Below are positions 36,271 through 42,325 of a stretch of 42,325 nucleotides of DNA, piece after piece; positions within the stretch are counted from its first letter, which is position 1, and the number at the start of each line of letters is the position of its first letter. The notes below the pieces were generated by a model. The model was not told the DNA's origin. It saw nothing but the letters and a program-made list of their open reading frames with translations, and made no database searches. Where the stretch lies: the NCBI GenBank assembly GCA_033764955.1, contig JANRIL010000037.1, positions 1 through 42,325 on the forward strand, read 5' to 3'. The position numbers were made by a program, and so were the translations under genes. Origin of the DNA: Cyanobacteriota bacterium. Lineage in GTDB: Bacteria > Cyanobacteriota > Cyanobacteriia > Thermostichales > Thermostichaceae.

Positions 36271-36526
36271 TCTTCGGGAAGCAAGCTACGGAGTCCAGTT
36301 ATGGATATCGTGCATGGCTCGTCAGCCCCACCAATACTCTCTTACTCTACCATTTGCTCCTTTCCCTCGCCCGTCACTACTAGGCACGTCCTGCGGCCTA
36401 CACTACCCCCTAACCCCTTGGCGGAGCACGGCGACGGATCTTGGTAGGATCTACTAGATAGGATCCATACATTGGCGTCTTGCTATTTTTCAATCAGCCC
36501 CCTCAGATGGTGAAGGACTTGCTGCC

Positions 36527-36736
36527 ATGACTACCCCGCCCTCCGTTGACTGTGCGACGGCCTGCCGTAATGGCTGCATTCTAGGGGATCAATGTCCCCA
36601 CCGCGATTCGGCTCGTCAGGCGGTTGACTACATCATGAATACCGATTGGGACACTCTTATGCAAAAGGCGGAAACCCAAGCGCAAGCGGATCCCTTGGGG
36701 ATGTTAGATAACTATCAAGTCTCCGGTGGCAACTAG
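36527..36736 (+). CDS. Small Cys-rich conserved hypothetical protein
   Basis: VDCATACRNGCILGDQCPH motif; GAAGGA upstream of the ATG. Confidence 0.75.
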   Translation: MTTPPSVDCATACRNGCILGDQCPHRDSARQAVDYIMNTDWDTLMQKAETQAQADPLGMLDNYQVSGGN

Positions 36737-36775
36737 GGTTGTTGTCTGAGAATGGGGCTGGGCAAACCAGCCGGA

Positions 36776-37465
36776 CTAGTATTTTTGCACCACAATGCAA
36801 TGGCGAACACTTTGACTGAAAGGAGTTACAAAAGCATCAACCGTGCGGATCTGACCGCCTAAGCCCTGCAGAACCGTTTCCAGATGGGCTGTTTCTGCGG
36901 GCGTCCACTGACCTCGGTAGAGCAGAGCATATCCTCCCGATCTAAGGAGTGGCAGGCTGTAGGCCGCACAGAGTTCCGCCGTCCCGACAGCGCGGGATAA
37001 GGCTAGATCATAGGGTTGAGGGGCGCTAGGGGCGGATCCCCACACTTCCGCCCGCCCCTGTTTGGCTTCTGCGTTAGGCAGATGGAGGGCTTGCAGGGTC
37101 TCTTCCACAAACACCACTTTTTTACGGGTGGCATCCAGTAGAGTACAGAACCAGCCGGGATAGGCAATCGCCACCGGGATCCCTGGGAAACCCGCCCCTG
37201 TGCCAATATCCACAACTCGTAGGGCAGGCGGGGGGGCGGGGTGGTGGGACTGCCAACTGTGGATGCCGCGCAACGAGTCCCAAAGATGCTTTTCCCAAAA
37301 GTCGGTGGGGTCGGTGATGCGGGTTAGGTTTTGGCGGGAGTTACCGGCCAAAACTAGATGGTAGAGGTGCTGCAATTGCTGAAGCTGGGTAGCACTGGGT
37401 TGCCAGCCCAACCATTGACTCCAGGCGGCTTCTCCCCAAATCTGCGGATCCAAAATTGGGTTCAT
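36776..37465 (-). CDS. rsmG: 16S rRNA m7G527 methyltransferase RsmG (GidB)
   Basis: NLTRIT, KHLWDSL, DIGTGAGFPGIP, LLDATRKK, GRAE, SRAV. ATG 37465 overlaps the upstream stop (ATGA). Confidence 0.95.
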   Translation of the reverse strand: MNPILDPQIWGEAAWSQWLGWQPSATQLQQLQHLYHLVLAGNSRQNLTRITDPTDFWEKHLWDSLRGIHSWQSHHPAPPPALRVVDIGTGAGFPGIPVAIAYPGWFCTLLDATRKKVVFVEETLQALHLPNAEAKQGRAEVWGSAPSAPQPYDLALSRAVGTAELCAAYSLPLLRSGGYALLYRGQWTPAETAHLETVLQGLGGQIRTVDAFVTPFSQSVRHCIVVQKY

Positions 37466-38586
37466 GCTTGCTTCAGCCAAAAGCGAGGCCACCAAAAGGG
37501 ATCCCGAGGAGGATGGGGATCCCCTAACCCCACAGGCAAACCCTCCCCCAAGGGCTGGGTCTGTCGCAGAAGGAGGTGCATCTCTTGGGTTAGCCCTTGT
37601 ACCACTTGTTCCACCTGTTGCAAATCAAGACTAAGGCGCACAACAGGATGAAGATCCACCTCCCGCAAACGATCCAGGTTTCCCTCAAGCAGATTGAGTT
37701 CTCCCCACAGCCCGCTTAGGGATCCCTCGGTATCCAGTTCTGTCTCGATATCAAGCAAAACCGACTCCAAAAGATCGATGCCTTCTTGCAATTGATAAAG
37801 TAGTTGGGATAACCGTTGGGAAGAATAGTGAATCTGTTGAGCATATGAGCGGAGAGCCTGGTCTTGATTGAGTTTTTGCATTTGTGCCTCTAGGTGGAAC
37901 TCCCAGTAGTAGGCTTCTACTTCCTCCAACTTGAGGTCATCATAAACCTGACCGTAGTGCTTGAGGCGATGGCGAGATACCTCAAGGCACTGATAGTGGG
38001 GCATCAGCAGAGAATGGCGCAGCTCCTCCAGATAGTCTGACCAGAGTTGTTGGGCTTCCACAATCCAAGCCACCTGTCCACTCGACCAATAATGCCCACT
38101 GGCAACCGCCAGACTGACCAGAATACCAGCGACCACCTGAGGCCATTGCCGCACCAAAAGGGGAGCTAACATCTCTCCCCAAAAAGCCAATCCCAGCCAG
38201 ACAAAACCCGCCATCACTAAGTGGGGTAGGCTGATGGACTGGGATAGAAAGCGGCACCAAATCAAAGGCTGGGATCTCGCCAATCGACTTTGCTGCTGCC
38301 ACCACTGCCCAGGTCGTCTAGCTCTCTGTCGTATCCCAGTCAAGACATAGGTGCCCAACACATAAAGGGCAATGGCCACCAATGTTAATGGCAAGGTGGT
38401 CAACAACCAGGCTAAACCAAACTCAGCCCAGTCTGGATACATCCCCAAGCCATAACAAAGACCCAAATCAAGAGCGAGTGCCCCCAGCAGCAATCCCCAG
38501 CCGTTTTGGTGGCGAGACTGCCGCACCATGGCCTGTCGCCGCCGTTCGACATATTCATGAAACGTCTCAGCAGCTACGCTACCCAT
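37462..38586 (-). CDS. Hypothetical membrane protein (about 4 TM) with C-terminal coiled coil
   Basis: 374-aa ORF with hydrophobic segments and an L/E/Q-rich C-terminus; ATGA overlap with rsmG. Confidence 0.7.
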   Translation of the reverse strand: MGSVAAETFHEYVERRRQAMVRQSRHQNGWGLLLGALALDLGLCYGLGMYPDWAEFGLAWLLTTLPLTLVAIALYVLGTYVLTGIRQRARRPGQWWQQQSRLARSQPLIWCRFLSQSISLPHLVMAGFVWLGLAFWGEMLAPLLVRQWPQVVAGILVSLAVASGHYWSSGQVAWIVEAQQLWSDYLEELRHSLLMPHYQCLEVSRHRLKHYGQVYDDLKLEEVEAYYWEFHLEAQMQKLNQDQALRSYAQQIHYSSQRLSQLLYQLQEGIDLLESVLLDIETELDTEGSLSGLWGELNLLEGNLDRLREVDLHPVVRLSLDLQQVEQVVQGLTQEMHLLLRQTQPLGEGLPVGLGDPHPPRDPFWWPRFWLKQA

Positions 38587-38683
38587 ACCTTGAGAGTTGA
38601 GCTCACCATTGGAGTGCGGGAGAAAGGATCCTCAGAGTTGGCGGTACCCCTTCAGCAAGAAGCAATCCGTTGCCCTCTATTGT

Positions 38684-38709
38684 ATAGATTGTGAAAATAG
38701 ATTGTGAAA
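38684..38709. repeat. 13-bp tandem direct repeat (ATAGATTGTGAAA x2) in a divergent promoter region
   Basis: Exact copies at 38684-38696 and 38697-38709. Confidence 0.8.
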
Positions 38710-38803
38710 GGTATAGACCTCAACTGCCACTTTTTTGACTAGGCTGAATCTCTGGATATCGGCTAATGTGTAGAGATATGTCACTGTTTACGGCCTGAGG
38801 AAT

Positions 38804-39163
38804 ATGCGTTCGACAACCCCCAAAACCTACTCATTTGCATTGGCTGGCTGGGGATTTTGGCTGACTACTGGCGTGGTGGTTCTCCTCCTGACGGTTTTGG
38901 GTTGGGGCTGGCTGGTGGCGGCTCTCGTGGGATTGCTGGTCTTTTTATTGTCCCTACCCATTTTGCTCTTGCTGGCTTTTCGCTGGTGGATGGGTCGCCT
39001 CATTGCTACTGCTGCCTGTCCGGTTTGCCATTTTGAGTCTCAGGCTGTCGAGGGGAGCCGCTTCTTCTGCCCCAACTGTCATGAGCCTTTATTTGTTGCC
39101 GACGCAACCTTTTATCGGCAAACCCCCAAGGGAACGATTGAGGTGGAGTTAATCGAAGATTAA
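38804..39163 (+). CDS. Membrane protein with zinc-ribbon (CPxC...CPxC), conserved in cyanobacteria
   Basis: Hydrophobic N-terminus, then CPVC...CPNCHEPL and GTIEV. Confidence 0.8.
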   Translation: MRSTTPKTYSFALAGWGFWLTTGVVVLLLTVLGWGWLVAALVGLLVFLLSLPILLLLAFRWWMGRLIATAACPVCHFESQAVEGSRFFCPNCHEPLFVADATFYRQTPKGTIEVELIED

Positions 39164-39335
39164 GCCGCAACCTATCGCTGGGGGGCATTCCTAGCCCGTG
39201 TAAATTTCTTTGAACTTTTCGGCGACCACTCCAGAGGGATCCCCCGCCCTACTGTAAACTGAGGGACACAAGTGAAGAGCGGCTTTAGGGCGGCTTTGTG
39301 GCTTAAAAAAAGAGTTTTTAGACTGGAGAACGCTC

Positions 39336-39584
39336 ATGTCTCACTCGGTCAAAATTTACGATACCTGTATTGGTTGTACTCAGTGTGTGCGTGCTTGCCC
39401 CACCGATGTTTTAGAAATGGTTCCCTGGCCTGGACAAAATAAAGCAGGGATGATCGCTGCTTCTCCTCGCACAGAAGATTGTGTTGGTTGCAAACGTTGC
39501 GAAACCGCTTGCCCCACCGATTTCTTGAGCATCCGTGTCTATTTGGGAGCCGAAACCACCCGCAGCATGGGTCTGGCGTACTAA
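39336..39584 (+). CDS. psaC: Photosystem I iron-sulfur center PsaC
   Basis: [22 protein letters not shown]...[38 protein letters not shown] upstream. Confidence 0.99.
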   Translation: MSHSVKIYDTCIGCTQCVRACPTDVLEMVPWPGQNKAGMIAASPRTEDCVGCKRCETACPTDFLSIRVYLGAETTRSMGLAY

Positions 39585-39646
39585 CCAGCAGCTTCAGGCT
39601 GATTCAATCCGTCCGTTATCAAAGTTTTCCTTGTTGGGTGTAGCTG

Positions 39647-39674
39647 AGGACAGGTTTAGAGCCTGTCCTTTTTT
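39647..39674 (+). terminator. Rho-independent terminator after psaC
   Basis: AGGACAGG / CCTGTCCT 8-bp stem followed by a T run. Confidence 0.8.
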
Positions 39675-39725
39675 GTTGACTTGTATTTCAGTCTCTAGCT
39701 ACCCGATAATTACCGTCTCATTGGT

Positions 39726-41477
39726 TTAGCCTCGAAACGCCAGAAAGGCTTGTCCCTTTTGCAAGAGAAGCGCAGATCGTTGTTGCGGTTGCCAGGAGGC
39801 GGGATCCGGCAAAAGTTGACTGTCTTGCTGGCTAAAGGCGAAGGTTTGGAAGGGGCGGATCCAGGGTTGCCAAGCGGCTGGGATCCCGGCATCCGAGGCG
39901 TCGAGGTAGAGATAGCCTTGGGAGCGACGAGGCAGGGGCAAAGTGGCTTGTTTCCACTGCTTATCCCGATCGAGGCTGGGAGCCTGTAGCGTGTTCTCCA
40001 GCCCTGCCAGCGAATTACTGAGCCATAACCGATGATTTTGCAGACGGTGATAGGCGATAGCAGGAGTCGAGGGGAGAAGCGCTGTACTTACTTCTCGCAG
40101 CCATTCCGCTTCCGTTTCACTTTCCAGTTGCTCAGGGATCCCTTGGGCAATGGGCTGATAGGCATGAACCTCAGAGAGGGATGGCGGCAGCATCGGCAGA
40201 TCCGTCGGTAGGCCGGGTAAAACCTCCGGTGCCGACGGGACAGGGATCCAGGCAAAGGCTTCAGCCGATGGTTGGAAAGGAATCGGCATCGTCTGCCAGC
40301 CGTGGCTGGCTAGCTGCTGGCTGAGGGTAGGAGGGAATTGATCCACACCGGCGGCGGCCAAAATCCAGGTGGGGGGAAGGGCGGGATCCCGAATTTGAGC
40401 CAGGGCATAGTCTCCAGGGATCCCAGCCCATAAATTCTCTGCCCCCTCAAGCTGGATCTGGCTAGCCAGATCCGCGAGTGGTGTTGTCAGATCTAGCCCT
40501 AGCCAAGTGGCCAACGATTGCCACAGGTCAGCCGTGGAGGCAAACTGAGTTCCCCCCACCAAAAGGGTCGTGTCAGGGGGTAGGGATCCCAAGAGTGAAG
40601 GGGATTGACGATGGCTGTTGGCCAGCGATTGTGCCTTTGGGCTGGGCAAATGCCAAAGTAGGTTGGTTTCGGCCACTAGCCCCTGAAAGGTAACCCCTAA
40701 GCCGAACCCCATCGCCTGTAAGGGATCCGCCACTTGTGGAGCGCGTACATATCCCCAACCCAGGTGGGCTTGGGGGAGAGAGGCCATCACTGCCTGATAG
40801 GAAGGGCTTGTAGCTAAGGATTGGGAGGGTAGTTGCCAGCTATCCACCGCTTGTCTCAAAACTTGGGCATGGTTAGAGAGGAGCACATAACGATTGCCAA
40901 AGGCTGCCGCCGCCAGGGTTTTTCCTGGGGTCAAGGGGGTTGAGACAATTTGCACACCCTTGTAGGCCTCCACGTTGACCGGAATACCCGCTAGCCACTG
41001 TCGTTGCCAAAGTAGATTCAGAAAACGCTGGGATCCCTCCGCCCATTGGGTGGAGAGAATCAGGAGGGGCTGAGGGGTGGTTTGGGGGTTTGGGGGGATC
41101 CAGGCCAATAGTGTGTCTGATCCTAGCCAGGGTTGAATTTCCTCGCGAAAATCAATATTGGCAGCTTGCAATAGTTCACCCCAGGCTGCTGGCCCCCGCT
41201 GAGAAAACACCTGTTCCCAGGCATAACGTCCCCGACGACGTTGAGCCGCAGGCAGGCAAGCCAACCAAAACGCCTCCAGTTTGGACAGAGGAGCCGTCAA
41301 CACCACCATACTGGTGGCGGAGCGCGGAACCAACCTGACCATCTCCGGCAAGGGGGGATGAGCCACTAGCAAAGAGACAGGACTTTGGGTGAACAGCCAC
41401 ACTAAGGATCCGCCGATCATGACAATCAGGAGAGCCACTGCCACCAGGATCCCTCGCACAAGCTGACGTTGTTGCAT
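39726..41477 (-). CDS. DUF3352-domain protein
   Basis: N-terminal TM anchor, IDFREEIQPWLG, YKGVQI, YVLLSNHAQVLRQAVD, QGYLYLD. Confidence 0.82.
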   Translation of the reverse strand: MQQRQLVRGILVAVALLIVMIGGSLVWLFTQSPVSLLVAHPPLPEMVRLVPRSATSMVVLTAPLSKLEAFWLACLPAAQRRRGRYAWEQVFSQRGPAAWGELLQAANIDFREEIQPWLGSDTLLAWIPPNPQTTPQPLLILSTQWAEGSQRFLNLLWQRQWLAGIPVNVEAYKGVQIVSTPLTPGKTLAAAAFGNRYVLLSNHAQVLRQAVDSWQLPSQSLATSPSYQAVMASLPQAHLGWGYVRAPQVADPLQAMGFGLGVTFQGLVAETNLLWHLPSPKAQSLANSHRQSPSLLGSLPPDTTLLVGGTQFASTADLWQSLATWLGLDLTTPLADLASQIQLEGAENLWAGIPGDYALAQIRDPALPPTWILAAAGVDQFPPTLSQQLASHGWQTMPIPFQPSAEAFAWIPVPSAPEVLPGLPTDLPMLPPSLSEVHAYQPIAQGIPEQLESETEAEWLREVSTALLPSTPAIAYHRLQNHRLWLSNSLAGLENTLQAPSLDRDKQWKQATLPLPRRSQGYLYLDASDAGIPAAWQPWIRPFQTFAFSQQDSQLLPDPASWQPQQRSALLLQKGQAFLAFRG

Positions 41478-41735
41478 TTGGAACCTCCCAAATAGAATTA
41501 AGGCGGAGTGAGGGGCAAGTCACCCATGACGAATGATACCGTCTCTCTTCCCCTGTCCCCAACACAATCCGCAGCCACAGGGAGGTTGAACGGGCGATTC
41601 GTCCCAGCTAGGGGCAGGGGATCCCCAATTGCTCGGCCTCAGTTGTATGGCCAGAGGCTAAGCCACCCAGAGGGAGTGATGCAGAGGGTTGATGGATAGC
41701 CGTTCAAGATCAGATTCAAACTTAGACCGTAGGCG

Positions 41736-42143
41736 ATGCCGCAATTATTCAATGGTTTTATTCGTTACTTGGCTGAAATTTCTTTTCGTCAAGCGATACT
41801 TTGGTGCTATTTGATTTGGTATCTGGTGACCATTCGCTTTTATTTTGACCCGTCCCCAAAGCTGTGGATCAATTCCCTCGGCATTAGTGGGGTTATTGGC
41901 ACAGGTCTCTGGCTGAGCGTCTCCCCCCAGCAAAATTCAAAGGCAGTCAAACCGGATAGATGGCAGATCTTTCGCCTCTATCTGATGCCCTTTTGTGTTT
42001 CCAGCTTTTCCGCTTTGATCAAAGATCAAGGATTTATTGTCATTTTATCGCCCAGGCAGGGGGAGCTATTGATTACGCTGGCTTGCTGTGGCTTATTTCT
42101 ATTGCTGGTTTATGGAATTAAATTTTTGAGAAAATCAGTTTGA
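41736..42143 (+). CDS. Hypothetical integral membrane protein
   Basis: LWCYLIWYLV..YFDPSPKLWINSLGISGVIG...WQIFRLYLMPFCVSSFSALIK; about 4 hydrophobic segments. Confidence 0.75.
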   Translation: MPQLFNGFIRYLAEISFRQAILWCYLIWYLVTIRFYFDPSPKLWINSLGISGVIGTGLWLSVSPQQNSKAVKPDRWQIFRLYLMPFCVSSFSALIKDQGFIVILSPRQGELLITLACCGLFLLLVYGIKFLRKSV

Positions 42144-42325
42144 TTGCTCATTTTGATCCATGTTTTTCAGTATTGTGATAAACCTACAGCCTATTCGACG
42201 ATTAGCTAGTACAGTAACAGCACTTGGTAAACCAGTTTCTGAATGATGCCTTCTCTACCAAATATAGTGCGATCTCTATCAGCTTTTCTATGCTTTCCAT
42301 CCCCCTAGAAGGAAACAGTCGGACA

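Larger units (their letters stand above)
1848..41625. repeat. Highly iterated palindrome GGGATCCC (HIP variant) dispersed through the window
   Basis: Dozens of copies by eye (e.g. 1848, 2418, 2745, 17123, 30718, 30788), in both coding and intergenic DNA; fewer than one would be expected by chance in 42 kb. Confidence 0.92.

Noticed and set aside
36078..36457. Plus-strand ORFs of 101 aa and 86 aa
   Set aside because: No recognisable protein features; they overlap the structured IS-like element on the opposite strand.
36028..36480. tmRNA, RNase P RNA, 6S RNA or Cas12k tracrRNA
   Set aside because: No tRNA-like ends or tag peptide, no GAGGAAAGTCC RNase P motif, no long 6S-type rod evident; the 3' part fits an IS605 right end better.

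Overview
Core-genome-like cyanobacterial window (psbU, psaC) in which the palindrome GGGATCCC is highly iterated instead of canonical HIP1 (GCGATCGC). Together with an 82-aa PsaC variant, this suggests a Thermostichus (Yellowstone Synechococcus A/B')-related lineage. About 33 protein genes are supported: psbU, a DUF4388/PATAN protein, rimM, an SPFH-NfeD pair, an orphan sugar ABC permease, dnaB carrying a natural 141-aa mini-intein, rplI, treZ-treY, ilvE, a UbiH-like hydroxylase, a 5'-nucleotidase, ruvA-nadD, lpdA, rsmG, psaC and several hypothetical proteins. Two things stand out. (1) A two-gene signalling locus directly upstream of rplI-dnaB: a coiled-coil protein with tandem MshEN-like (c-di-GMP-binding-type) motifs, followed by a 1298-aa membrane protein with two intact Ser/Thr kinase domains flanking a duplicated unknown domain, a TM hairpin and a bacterial PH domain. 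(2) A TnpB-less IS200/IS605 right end with an omegaRNA-like structure (~36044-36270, minus strand), whose would-be guide nearly matches an intergenic site at 41686-41701. No tRNA, rRNA or CRISPR array was seen. All family calls are from motif recognition by eye, not database searches.
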